From NCBI GenBank assembly GCA_047967505.1, contig CM106538.1: a stretch of 64,000 nt of DNA; one strand, given 5' to 3'. Made by a program: the position numbers and the translations under genes. The notes under the pieces were generated by a model, which was not told the DNA's origin, made no database searches, and saw only the letters and a list, made by a program, of their open reading frames with translations. Positions within the stretch are counted from its first letter, which is position 1, and the number at the start of each line of letters is the position of its first letter. Positions 26,901-40,600 of this stretch are shown here, in pieces. Source of the stretch: Dipteris shenzhenensis. Taxonomy: Eukaryota.

Positions 26901-29900
26901 AGAGGAGATGTATGCTGGTAGGAAACCATATATTTCTCATTTGAAAATTTTTGGTTGCATTGCCTATGTTCATGTGCCAGATGAGTTGAGGTCCAAGTTG
27001 GATCTAAAAGCTGAGAAGTGCATCTTTATTGGTTATTCTCTACAACAGAAATGGTATAGATGCTGTAACCCTTCTACTCGTAAGTTTACAGTGAGCAGAG
27101 ATGTTGTTTTTGATGAGATGAGCAGCTGCTATAAACTAGTAAATGTGATTGATGATGTAGATGCACAAAATGGTAATGTTGCACAGAATTCACAGCAGCA
27201 ATCACAAAATATTAGTGGCAGTGTCCTCTAGCAGTGGTTCACATACTTCGCCATGGATAGGCAGATTGAGATCAGGAGAATCTCCTCAAAGCAATGTAGA
27301 TAGTGGTATGCAGGTATCACAAAAAGGAAAAGAGAAGGTAGATCATCCCATGTTTAATGTGAATGCAAGTCACTCTTATGTGGATGGTGAATCCAGTGGC
27401 TCAGAAGAGAGCATTGATGATGAGATGGGTATCCTTCTGTTGTTACACTTGGAGTAAGGAAGACCAGGGTTGTTTTGAGAGCACCTGGAAATGAGCCTAT
27501 TTTGCGTAAGTCTACTGTAGCTAGGTATCCTGTGGATAGGCTGAAATATGATGGATTTACATCCATTCACTATGGCTATATGGTCAAAGTGATACAGGAA
27601 CCAGAACCCATTTCTTTTGAGCAAGCCATGGGAAAGGAAAAATGGGAGAAAGCCATGGATGAAGAAATGGATGCCTTGGAAGCAAATGCTACATGGGAAT
27701 TGGTGCCTTTGCCTAAAGACAAGAATGCAATTGGTTGTAAGTGGGTTTATAAGGTGAAGCACAATGCAGATGGTTCTGAGGTATGTGAGATCTGGAGTAG
27801 GCTGGTGTGGGACATCATAAAGAGGCGTGCATACGTGTGCCAAACCCTCGTGTCAGTGAGGGGTGATGGAGACCTACGCTCAAGGAAACTCTGCCAAAAA
27901 TCCTTAAAGTTGCTGCTATACAAGATGTGCAAGAGCTGCTCCTCATTTCGACGAAGAAATGCATGCTTCTTCCAACAAACTAGACGTCGATGCTTGCATA
28001 CCGTGTCTGGTGTGTTCCGAAAGGTGACATCTGGTTTCAAGTCAGAGCTGTCGGCGATAAGCCTTGCACTCCACATCGTACCAGTTGTTGCAAGGTACAG
28101 AACCAAGAGGTGGTGGTCTAGTGGACTGTGTGGTGTGGGAAAAGATTTGGAGGGCAGCCTCGTGGAGTGTGCGACTAATCAGGGCTCAACAGATACAAGG
28201 CAAGATTAGTTGTCAAGGGGTATGCACAGACGTATGGCATTGATTATGAAGAAAGATTCAGTCCGATTGCAAGGATGGCAACCGTAAGAGTAGTCATTGC
28301 TATGGCTGCATCAAAGGGATGGTCTTTACATTAGATGGATGTAAAGAATGCCTTCTTGCATGGTGATTTGCAAGAAGAGGTCTTTATGGAGCAGCCACCT
28401 GGTTATGTTCATGCTGTGCATCTTGAGTTTGTTTGCAGGTTGAAGAAAGCCTTGTATGGCTTGAAGTAAGCACCTAGAGCATGGTCTGACAAGATAGGAA
28501 AGTATCTTGTCACTATTGGCTTTCAGATTTCCAAGGCACATTTCTCACTTTATGTGAGAAAAACAGAGAAAGGTATTATGCTACTTGTCATTTATGTTCA
28601 TGATTTGATCATAACAGGTGATAGTGATGAAGATATCCTTCATGTGAAAATTCTATTGAAGCAGAAGTTTGAGATGAAGGATTTGGGAAAGCTGCGTTAT
28701 TTCTTGGGCATTGAGGTGATTAGATCACCAAGTGGGATACAGCTCTTGCAGAGGCAGTATGGATTGGACATGCTATCTAAATATGGGATGATAGGCTGTA
28801 AGCCTATTTAAGTTCCTTTGGAGCAGAATGTGAAGCTGAGCATAGATGCAAGTGAGGTTCTAGAAGACCCTACTATGTACAGACGCATAGTAGGAAGTTT
28901 GATTTATATGACTATTACCAGGCCAGATTTGAGCTATGCTATTGGATTGGTAAATCAGTTTCTGCAAGCTCCAAGGAAACCGCATTTGGATGTGGCTAGA
29001 TGCATACTCAGGTATGTGAAGTCCACATTGCAGTATGGACTATTTTATGAGATTGGGGTTCAGTGAAGTCCACATTGCAGTATGGACTATTTTATGAGAT
29101 TGGGGTTCAGATACAGTTGCATGGATACACTGATGTTGGGCTAGTAGTATTTCTGATAGACAATCTACCAGTGGATATGTGTTCTCTTTTGGGAGTGCTG
29201 CAATCACTTGGAGTAGTAAGAAATAGCCTACAGTTGCCCTATCGAGCACAGAGGTTGAGTACAGGGGTGCAGCAATGGCTGCATGTGAGGTAGCTTGGTT
29301 GCATAAGCTACTTTATGATATACATTAGTCTACAGATGGTGGGACAATTGTCATTTATTGTGACAACATGAGTAGTATACACTTGGCAAATAACCCAGTC
29401 TATCATGCTAGAACAAAGCACTTTGAGGTGCATTATCACTATGTGTGGGAGAACGTTTTAGTAGGTCTTATTGATCTAGTTTATGTCAGCACAGAAAATC
29501 AGGTAGCTGACATATTCACGAAGGCATTGGGCACAGAGAAGTTGCAGAAGTTCAGAGACCTGCTTGGTGTGCAAGAATTGGGATTGAGCTCGAGGGGGAG
29601 TATTGAGATATCGAGCTCCACTTGTGATATGCCAGGGTGACCATTGTGCATTTATGTCACCGACTTGTTAGCTACAGATGCGGTTGGTACACCGCCCATG
29701 AATAATAGCTGGATGACAGCTATCCTTATGTACTCTAGTTCGTGGCTCAGTTCGTATGCCACCTTAGTTAGCTGAGTTTGGTTTGAGACCCACATATAGG
29801 GTTCTTCTATTTCTTTATACTAGAGTTCTTTTGGTTTTCACAACTAAGAAAAAAACTGTTTTTAGCCTCCACCTTTGTGTGTATTCCCCCATTGTGTATG

Positions 29901-29949
29901 TTAGAAAGCTGCAAGTGAGACCCCTTCCTTCTCTCCCACTATCTTCACA
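23954..29949 (+). mobile_element. Full-length degenerate Ty1/copia LTR retrotransposon (LTRs 23954-24305 and 29601-29949)
   Basis: 5-bp TSD TTTAG on both sides. tRNA-iMet PBS TGGTATCAGAGC at 24306-24317. PPT GAGGGGGAG at 29592-29600. Gag knuckle CYYCGKMGHMAKDC, protease WYVDSGASNHMT, integrase [23 protein letters not shown], RNaseH HARTKH. Many stops. Confidence 0.97.
27779..28187 (-). mobile_element. ~410-bp non-LTR (RTE/CR1-like) ORF2 fragment inserted into the copia RT
   Basis: Absent from the sister copy (gatggttatgtgaacagata at ~35305-35325). The minus strand encodes PCNNWYDVECKAYRRQL and NFKDFWQSFL, resembling the endonuclease-RT linker of LINE ORF2. Confidence 0.65.
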
Positions 29950-32900
29950 TTTAGTTGAAAAGTACGTATTTTTATTGAAAAATCCATACTTTTTAAATCC
30001 TTGCATAGATATGCATTGAATAAGCTTTATTTTTACACTTATAATAGAATAATTTTTTAAACAAAGTACAACTAAAACTATAAATATGCATGATGGCATG
30101 AGTATAAAATGATTCCTTGCTCGAGTTAGCTACCATGATCATCTTCACTAAAAGCAGTTACTACTACCATACACACCAATATCAATGCTGATTTTCGATG
30201 CTTTTACCTTAGTTTTTTTTCCAAGCCGGTATCATTGATAATACTGCTATAGTTAACATTTATTTGAAAAAACATTGCTACTTTTATAAAATATATGTCA
30301 TCAATGCCATAAACCTTCAATAAGCATGGATATTAAAGCATCGATAGAGCCACTCGAAACTTTTACTGATGTCGATAGAACCATCAAAAATTTGCAGGCA
30401 CTTTAACCATTGAAAATTTTAGATAGTGTGGGGTTTCACCTCGCATCTTGCAATAATGAAATCAAATAAGAATGTTTACACAGCCAAATATAGTTGTGGC
30501 TATCTATGAGCTGTCTACTCGATCACATTGAAAACCCACTTAAGATATACATAGTTTAGCAAAAATTTATGATATATTGTTCATGCAAGCTTGAATGAAA
30601 TCTAAGGGCAAGAAGCTTGGAGTGTGTGGGTAGAATGAATGTGTTTGTAAGGTCATCCCAATCTTTTGTTGAGTCGATGGCAAGAAGCTGGATCCTTCCT
30701 GACTGCTTGGCAAGTGCACCTTATGTAAGCCACATGGATAATGTGCATTCAAAGGGTGTTTTAAAACTTCCTATGTAGCCTACTTTGCCATATTTTATAT
30801 ATCCCTACGGTCATTTTTTAGGTCAACAATTATATCCCCTTTGTAAATGTAAAATTTGGAAAGTTTGGTTTCCCCCTCCTTATATACATTTTAGTAGGGA
30901 TGCTACCATGAGAAGCCATGCTATTCAACCAAATAAGATTCTTTCTTTGTGATGTGAGGGAAATGTATCCTTTCCATACACACTAGCGCCCAACAAAGAC
31001 ATTTCCAATTGCACATCCACACAATGCCTAAGATCCAAGTTATTTTCTCGCCATCTTTGTTTTTGTTTTTGTCTCCCTTGTACTCTCCCAAATCTTTGTC
31101 ACTAGGTGCTAGACTTTTTCCTGAAAGAGTTTGCATTGGAGCATTGGTAAAAGGACAAGAAGCTGGACCAAATAAATCAGTGAATTCTAATTGGGTAGCT
31201 CAACAAAACATACATAGATGCTTTTTCAGGGTTACAATAAGTGCTACCATAAACGAAGCTCATATCGGACATTGATGATTTCCATAGATAGATGAATTCT
31301 ATAAATGTGTAGATATATGGGAAAATTAAGGTTTCTATTAAGAAAGATATTTATAATTTCACAAACAAGTAAGGCTAGTTTTTCATCCCTCACTAGCTCA
31401 CATAATACTTCCAAAGAAAAGCTCAAGAAAAATACATACTTCCATTTCTATTGGCTATTTACTATGGTATACCTCAAAATGGTATTTAGTTTCACAGAAG
31501 AAAGATCAAAAGAAGCAACTATAAATCATTCACTATAGAAAGCTCAACATTCTCAGAAATGATTGCAAACATATTTACCTATGTACGTTACTAGACTCGT
31601 ACACATAAAATATATTGATACATGCTAGATATATGTCGAATAGTCCCATGGAAAATAAAAGGATTTAATTACATGTGATAAAACTTAAAAGGTTAAAACC
31701 TGCTAGACTTGATTTATAATAAATATGTGAACCTAGCTCTACTCACCTAGCTATGTTACTATTTTTATGCATACAACACCTCCAGACAAGCTAGGTCTAT
31801 TTAAAAAATTTCTATGGAAAGTAAGACTATTTTGTTCCATGTGATAAAACTCAAATGAAAACACCCAAATTGAAAAGAATTGAAATATAATCATTGGATG
31901 AAACCTTATATGATAGTAGGTAGTGCAACTAGTGTAAAAGACAAAATTCAATTCCATGTATTATGTTAGGGCATACCAAGGCAGAAACTTGTATACAATA
32001 TATCCAATGCATTTCTTTGATCATGTTAGTATGAACCAAGCTAAGGAACAACATAAATGTGTATGCACAAAAAATGTCTAGCTTCCATCTAACCCCATGT
32101 GTTATTACATTGATCATGTTAGGGAGTAACAAGGTAGAGAATTGTTGAAAACATATTCAATGCATTAGTTTGACCATGTTACATGAAAGTACCTAGACAG
32201 AAAACAACATAAATTTCATCCCATATCCATGTCACACAAAGCATTGATAGGAATTGAAATTATGCTAATAGACAATGATAAAATAATGAGAATTGTTAAT
32301 TTTCAAATGCATGCATGCAATCATAAGAAGAATGTCTCAAATTTATGATAATGTAAAAATCACAATGGATGATACTCAAATGCCAATGATAGCCCATTTC
32401 AAAACATAACAAATATTACTCCAATAAAAATGGTCTTGTCTTGTCTTTGTTATAGCTCAATGGTCCTCTTAAAGCAGTGATTATCTTGAGTAAATTAAAT
32501 TATCAAAACACGTACTAAAAGTACCTCCCTTATAGTGTGGTCCAAAGCCAATTCCATTTGTCCGAACTCCATCAAGCTTCCACAAAAATTGATGTGAGCA
32601 ATATTCTACCTTTGACTTAATTGACGAACTCCAATGTCCTTTAGCAAGCCCTCCATCAATCCCAGTGAGATGTCTAATTTTTGTGGGCTAGGGACAAGGC
32701 TAGGGACAAAATTTAGACCATACACCAATCCCACCACCTACAACTCCTCAGTAGCCCCAAAAATGATGAAAACAATCGAGTCCTATTTCTTAACATCTAT
32801 TAGAGCTACACCATATTCATGTCAAATTTCAAAGGAGAAAACCCACAAAGCCCTATTTAAGAACCTCAAAACGGTATGTAGTCTTGACTTTGGAGGTTCA

Positions 32901-33314
32901 ACTCATAAAATTTATGTGTACCATGTGCATTCAAAGGCCAGGGTTTTAAATTCATCGTCAGGGGAAAATTTAACAGAATTATGATAATAGGAGGGGTTTT
33001 TTAATTCAACTTTGGAAAAAAGTCTATGAGCTCCTAAGTGAAGAGGGGTGGCTTTATTGGGGAAAGAAATTTATTTGAGGGGTATTTTAAATATACACCT
33101 TGAATGCATGTGATACATAAGGTTTCTTAATAGTGCACCCCTTGGAAGTCTTGAATTGTAGCAACGATCACATAGGCACCTTTCACACCTATAAGCATCT
33201 TCCTCCTTATGTCAAAGCCTCATGATATTTAGTATGATTTGATAAAATCATATGTACATTCTTGATACAAAACCTTGTAGCCTAACTCTCTTTGAGTGTA
33301 GACACTACAGGGCT

Positions 33315-33660
33315 GAAATAGAGAGGAGAAGGACAAGGAGAAGGGGAAGGAGACATATGCTCATGCATAAGCATAAGCATAGGAGAAGAAAAAACATATG
33401 CATAAGAGAAAAAGAGAGAAAGCATATGTTTGAAAGAGGGGAAAAGAGCATAAACATAAGAGAAGGAAGAGGGAAAAAGAGATTGAACGAGGGGAAAAAG
33501 AAGAGAAGGAAAGGAGGGAAAAAGAGATTGAAAGAGGGGAAAAAAGAAGAAGGGGAAAAAGAAGAGGGGAAAAAAGAAGAGGGAAAAAGAAGAGAAGGAA
33601 GAGGGGAAAAGAGGGGAAGAAGAGGGAATAAAAGAAGAGAGGGGAAGAGAGGGTTCCTAC
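33315..33660. repeat. Purine-rich low-complexity tract
   Basis: gaagaggggaaaaaa-type degenerate units. A complementary CT-rich tract lies at 38600-38890. Confidence 0.8.
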
Positions 33661-33776
33661 GCCCATCACTGCAACTAGCGCTTAAGGTGCTAGCTACACA
33701 CCAATGCAAATAACAAAAATAACAAAAGGAAAAAAGAGGAAGCACTTTCTTACTTAGAATAGTCTCGCTCGGTGTT

Positions 33777-36700
33777 TGTGAAGAGAGTGGGAGAGAAGGA
33801 AGGAGTCTCACTTGTAGCTTTCTCACATACACAATGGGGGAATATACACAAAGGTGGAGGCTGAAAACAATTTTCCTCTTCTTAGTTGTGAAAGCCAAAA
33901 GAACTCTAAGTATAAAAGAATAGGTGAACCCTATGTGTGGGTCTCAAACCAAACTCGGCTAACTAAGGTGCCATACTAACTAAGCCACTAACTAGAGTAC
34001 ATAAAGATAGCTATCATCCAGCTATTATTAATTCGTGGTGTACCAACCGCATCTGCAGCTAACAAGTCAGTGACATAAATGCACAACGGTCACCTTGGCA
34101 TATCACGAGTGGAGCTCGATATCTCAACACTCCCCCTTGACCTCAATCCCAATTCTTGCACACCAAGTAGGTCTCTGAACTTGTGTAGCTTGTTTGCACC
34201 CAATGCCTTGGTGAATATGTCACCTACCTGATGCTCTATGTTGACATAAACTAGATCAATAAAACCTCCTAGAACCTTCTCCCACACATACTAATAATAG
34301 ACCTCAATGTGCTTTTTTCTAGCATGATATACTGGGTTATTTGCCAAGTGTATGTTGCTCATGTTGTCACAATAAATGACAATTGGCCCATCTGTAGTTT
34401 GATGCATATCATAAAGTAGCTTATGCAACCAAGCTACCTCACATGCAGCCATTGCTACACCTCTGTACTCAACCTCTGTCTCGACAAGGCAACTGTAGGC
34501 TATTTCTTGCTGCTCCAAGTAGTTTCCTTGGAGCCTACATAAACTGACTTACCAACCCAATAGCATAGCTCAAATCTGGCGTGGTAATAGTCATATAAAG
34601 CAAACTTCCTACTATGCGTCTGTACATAGTAGGGTCTTTTAGAAGCTCACCTGCATCTATGCTCAACTTCACATTCTGCTCCAAAGGAACTGAAATAGGC
34701 TTACAACCTATCATCCCATATTTGGATAGCATGTCCAATCCATACTGCCTCTGAAAGAGCCATATCCAACTTGTGGATCTAATCACCTCAATGCCTAAGA
34801 AGTAATGCATCTCTCTCAAATCCTTCATCTCAAACTTTTGCTTCAATAGCATTTTCACATGAAGGATATCTTCATCACTATCACCTGTGATGATCAAATC
34901 ATCAACATAAATGATAAGTAGCATAATGCCTTTCTCTATTTTTCTCACATAAAATGAGAAATCTGCCTTGGAAATCTTAAAGCCAATAGTGAAAAGATAC
35001 TGTCCTATCTTGTCAGACCATGCTCTGGGTGCTTGCTTTAAGCCATACAAGGCTTTCTTCAACCTGTAAACAAACTCAAGATGAACATCATGAACATAAC
35101 CTGGTGGCTGCTCCATATAGACCTCTTCTTGAAAATCACCATGCAAGAAAGCATTCTTTACATCCATCTGATGTAAAGACCATCCCTTTGATGCAGCCAT
35201 AGCAATGACTGCTCTCATGGTTGCCATCCTTGCAACTAGACTAAATGTTTCTTCATAATCAATGCGATGTCTATGCATACCACTTGACAACTAATCTTGC
35301 CTTATATCTGTTCACATAACCATCTGCATTGTGCTTCACCTTATAAGCCCACTTGTAGCCAATTGCATTCTTGTCTTTAGGCAAAGGCACCAATTCCCAT
35401 GTAGCTTTTGCTTCCAAGGCATCCATTTCTTCATCCATGGCTTTCTCCCATTTTTCTTTTCCCATGGCTTGCTCAAAAGAAGTGGGTTCCAATTCATGTA
35501 TCACTTTGACCATATAGGCATAGTGAATGGCTATAAGTCCATCATATTTGAGCCTATCTAGAGGATACATAGCTCTAGTAGACCTGTGCAAAATAGGCTC
35601 ACTACCAGGTGCTCTCAAAACATCCCTTGTCTTCCTTACTCCAGATGTAACAACAGAAGCAAATACCCAATTCATCATCAAGGCTCTGTTCTGAGCCACT
35701 GGATTCACCATCCACATAAGAGTGACCTGCATTCACATCAACCATGGGCTGATCTACTTTCTCTTTTCCTTTCATGATACTTGCATACCACTATCTACAT
35801 TGATTTGAGGAGATGCTCCTGGTCTCAATCTGTCTGTCCATGGCGAAGCATGTGAACCACTGCTAGAGGACACTATAGGTTCACTGATATTTGTGATTGC
35901 TGCTGTGAATTCTATGCAGCATTACCATTTTTTGCATCTACATCATCAATCAGATTTACTGGTTTATACCAGCTGCTCATCTCATCAAAAACAACATCTC
36001 TTCTCACTGTAAACTTATGAGTAGAAGGGTTATAGCATCTATACCATTTCTACTACAAAGAAGAACCAATAAAGATGCACTTCTCAACTTTTGGATCCAA
36101 CTTGGATCTCAACTCATCTGGCACATGAACATAGGCAATGCAACCAAAAACTTTCAAATGAGAAATATATGGTTTCCTACGAGTATACCTCTCCTCTGGC
36201 ATCATGCCATGTATTGCTGCAGTGGGAGTCCTATTCAATATGTAGACTATTGTAGCAACTGCTTTAGCCCAATAATAATCTAGCAGGTCTTTTTCATTAA
36301 GCATGGCACAAGATACCTCTCCAATATGCCTGTTTTTCCTTTCTACAAGTCCATTTTTTTGTGGGGTATGACTGCATGAATATTGTTGCTTTATGCCATG
36401 CTCCTATAGGAAACTTGCAAACACATTTGAGAGGTACTCTCCCCCTCCATCTGACCTTAGGCATTTTATTTATAGGCCTATTTCTTTTTCAACCATAGAT
36501 TTAAAAGCTTTGAAATTCCCAAACACTTCACTTTTTCTTTTCATAAAATACACCCAAACTTTTCTGCTGTAGTCATCAATAAAAGTGACAAAATAATGAT
36601 AGCCCTGAATAGATGCAGCTTTAGTAGTCCACACATCAGAGTGGATTAGTCATCAATAAAAGTGACAAAATAATGATAGCCCCGAATAGATGCAGCTTTA

Positions 36701-37170
36701 GTAGTCCACACATCAGAGTGGATTAATTCCAATGGCCTCTTACTCTCTTGAACATGTCAAGGAAATGGTTTCCTTGCCTGTTTTCCAAATTGACAGGCTT
36801 CACATACCTTATGCATTTTTGCAACCTTGAATTTAGGCAATCCTGCAACAATATTTTGGGCTTGCATTAATTTAAGTCATCGTACATTAACATGACCAAT
36901 GCGATTATGCCAGATATTAATTTCTGCAAAACACACCATTTTTCAAATAATTGGTTAGAGGAAGGAGATGTTTAGAGAAGCAACTTCTCAAAGGGATTGA
37001 ATTGAGGAGACAAGCATAAGCAACTTGCCTGTTTTTCAAATTGACAGGCTTCACATACCTTATGCATTTTTGCAACCTTGAATTTAGGCAATCCTGCAAC
37101 AATATTTTGGGCTTGCATTAATTTAAGTCATCGTACATTAACATGACCAATGCGATTATGCCAGATATCA
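33777..37170 (-). mobile_element. 5'-truncated Ty1/copia element, same family as 23954-29949 (3' LTR 33777-34129)
   Basis: The LTR is the reverse complement of the first element's LTR. PPT at 34130-34139. RT ([22 protein letters not shown]) and integrase are present. Internal deletion near 34520. No gag or 5' LTR. Confidence 0.93.
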
Positions 37171-37689
37171 ATTTCTGCAAAACACACCATTTTTCAAATA
37201 ATTGGTTAGAGGAAGGAGATGTTTAGAGAAGCAACTTCTCAAAGGGATTGAATTGAGGAGACAAGCATAAGCCTACAAACAAGGAGAAAGAGGAGGAAGA
37301 GAAATACCAAAAAGAGAAGAGGTGAGTCTTCTTTCTTTCACCAAATCTCATTTTTTATCTTTAACCTCTAAAAATCAAGCATGAAAACTAGCACATAGCC
37401 TTAGCAATACAAGGAGAAACATGCTTCAAGACTTAGAAAACGAAATCTCACAAAAAATGAACCTACATTGCTTAAAGAGACTCACCTTCTTGAAAAACTT
37501 CTTTTCACACAAGCAAAGAGGGAGAAGGGTGGAGAGGAAGCATAAGTCTTAGGAGAGGAGCTGGGTAGGGGTGAGGAGTGGAGAATAGAGAGGAGGAAAG
37601 AGAGGTCGTCGAATATAAGGTGGGGGAGATATTTTTGCTTTTCCCACAATAGAGATGCCAAAGAAAGCATCGTGCGAGGTTTCAAGTTT

Positions 37690-40600
37690 AATAGCGATGC
37701 TTGTCAGTCGCTATATAGTGACGTTTATATCCAAAAAGTGTTGCTATATAGCGATGAAATACGGAAAATCATCTCTATAAAGTGATGGAACAGGGCAATG
37801 CATCACTATATAGTGACGGTTCAGGACACTTATTGTTGGAAGAGAGAAAAGGAGCTCATGGGTGGCTATTTTTTGGATCTTAATAGATTTCTTTGCAGCT
37901 CATGTTGTGATTTTGGAACTGTGCAAATGGAAGGGATGAGTGGAAGCTCATCAGATGATGCGCCAACAATCGGGAGCACAGAGTGGCTTATTGAGAGGTT
38001 GTATTTTCATTGCACTCATTGTAAGCGAGAAGTACGACATCAACGTCGTATCATGTGCCACTTGCGGATGTATGGGAAGGAGCCTGAACTAGTACCCACC
38101 ATTGGTGTTGCACGTGATGATGGATCATCGGTAAGTCAATGCTATTTGAGTTCGTGGTTAATATTGGATACCATTATGATGCAAAACCTTGAGACAAGAT
38201 CTTATATTTACACAAAATCTTGAAACATGATGAGGAGGGTGGTGAGGGTGCGCATATACCTTCACACTTTGAGCAAGACTATAGTCTCTCGGATGATGAC
38301 GAGGGTATGGTGGACATGATAGATTCTATTTTTAGGGGCACTACATCACATGTACACGTGATGTTAGAGTCTGAGGTCAAAATGCGAGAGTTGCAATTAA
38401 CACAGTTGTATGAGGGTGCTAGGATGTCTAAACTATAGGCTTGTCTCTCAATCTTGAATATGCAAGCAAACTATGGGTGGTCGGATACAACTGTCTCGAC
38501 CTTAATGAGGTACGGATTTTGCATTAATTTGACTCATTATTTGGATATTGTTTGTTTTGAGAATCATCATTATTTGAAGCCTATGTATGTTTGAATTGTC
38601 TCTCTTTTATCATTCTCTCTTTTATCCTCTCTTTTCATCTCTTTTCTCCTCTCTTTTTCTCTCTTATCTCCTCTTTTTGTCTCTTTTCCTCTATTTTTTC
38701 CTCTCTTTCCTTCTCTTTTTTTCTCTTTTATCCCCACTTTTTCTCTTTTCACTTTCTCTCTTTTTCTCTCTTATCTCCTCTCTTTTTCTGTCTTTTTTCT
38801 CCTCTCTTTTCTCCTTTTTCTCCTCTCTTTTTCTCTCTTTTTTCTCCTCTCTTTTCCTCTCTCTTTCCTTCTCTTTTTTCCCACATGAAGCTTCAATAGC
38901 CTACCATTGAGCAAATAAATACAGACTTCTATCACTCTAATTTAAAGAATGCACGAGTCTGTAAATTTTTTCTCAATGTCAAGCTGTAGGATTGTAAGCT
39001 TGCTCAATGTCTTACAGGTATTCTAAGCTATAGGATTAGTGACATGACTTCTTTGTTGCTTTGAGGATCATCATTATTCAAAGCCTATGTATGTTTGAAT
39101 TGTGATAGGTTGCTTCAGAAGATGTTGCCTACACCAAATACCATGCCCGCATCAAGAGATGAATCGAAGAAGATGCTAACAATGGTGCGTATGAATTATG
39201 ATACCATCCATGCTTACCGTAATGATTGTATTCTCTTTCATCGTGAGCATGGAGATTGTCTGAAGTGTGGGGAACAATGATATAGAGATGACTTTAGGGT
39301 GAGCAGATATCGGTAAAGGTCTTGAGACACTTTCCCATCATTGCAAGAATACAACACATGTTCCAATGCAAATCCATAGCAGAGTTGATGACATGGCATG
39401 CATCTCATCGGTCCACTGATGACACATTGAGGATTCCCACAAATTGTACATCTTGGAAGCACATAGACAATCAGTTGTCGGACTTTGTGAGGGAGCCACG
39501 CAACTTACATCTTGGGCTCGCCATGGATGGCATGAATCCTTTCGGGTTATGCTCGACATCTTGGTCGACATGGCCCATAGTCTTGGTGAACTACAATATC
39601 CCACCATGGCTAACAATAAAGAAGGGACACCTCATGCTTGCACTAGTTGTGTCAGGAAAGTACAAGGCCAAAAATATGGACGTGTATATGGCACCTTTGA
39701 TAGAGGAGTTATAGATCTTATGGAGAGGAGTGTGGGTCTTTGATATTTCCAGAGCTCCTAGACATACCAATGATATTTTGGTCAGGGGTATCTTGATGTG
39801 GACCATGCATGACTACCTATATGTGCAGGACTTGTTACAAGTGGGTACCATGCTTGTCCTTTTTGTGGACTGGGTTTGAAATTGCTTGCACGATACTCCA
39901 AACATATGAGGAAAAATGTTTATGAAGGTCATGCTTGATACCTTCTGCTGGACCATCTCACGCGTGGAGGTTAGCTTGATCGACCACCACCATATTTGAA
40001 GGCAAGTGACTGAATTTAGACTCAGAGGGCAAATGGAGAGGAACCTCCTCGTGGTATGAAGAGGCTATCGATCTTTCACGAGCTTCCTTATTGGGGTCAG
40101 TTACAAATCAATCATCTCTTGGATCCTCTTTAAGAATGTGGGGGCTACTATATTTGGGCACACTTGGTTGGTTCCAAAGACTCGAGAGGAGTGCGAGAAG
40201 ACTTACATGCTATGAATAGGATGTCTCGTTTGTGGCCCCAAGTACGTGCTTCAGGAAAAGTTATCCTCCCAAAAGCAACATGGATCCTCTCTATGAGAGA
40301 GGAGGTAGGAGTCAAGGTGGACATTGCCTCTTTTCAAACACCGACAGGGTACATGTGTTGCTTGAAAGGAGCATCTTTAAAGGACAATAAGCTTAGTGGG
40401 CTCAAGTCCCATGATTGGCACAAGGTCTTATAGGTATTCTAAGCTATAGGATTAGTGTACCAATAATCGTGATGTGTTAATGTAATTATGATTATGCTAT
40501 ATTGTTGACATGACTTCTTTGTTGCTTTGATAGTTCATCCTCCCAATTACAATAAAAGGGTGCTCACAAGAAGATGTTACAAATGCTATATTCAAGATCA

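Noticed and set aside
33252-33898. Lys/Glu/Arg-rich and Phe/Ser/Leu-rich ORFs (also 38570-38910 and 60688-61146)
   Set aside because: Artefacts of purine/pyrimidine low-complexity tracts.
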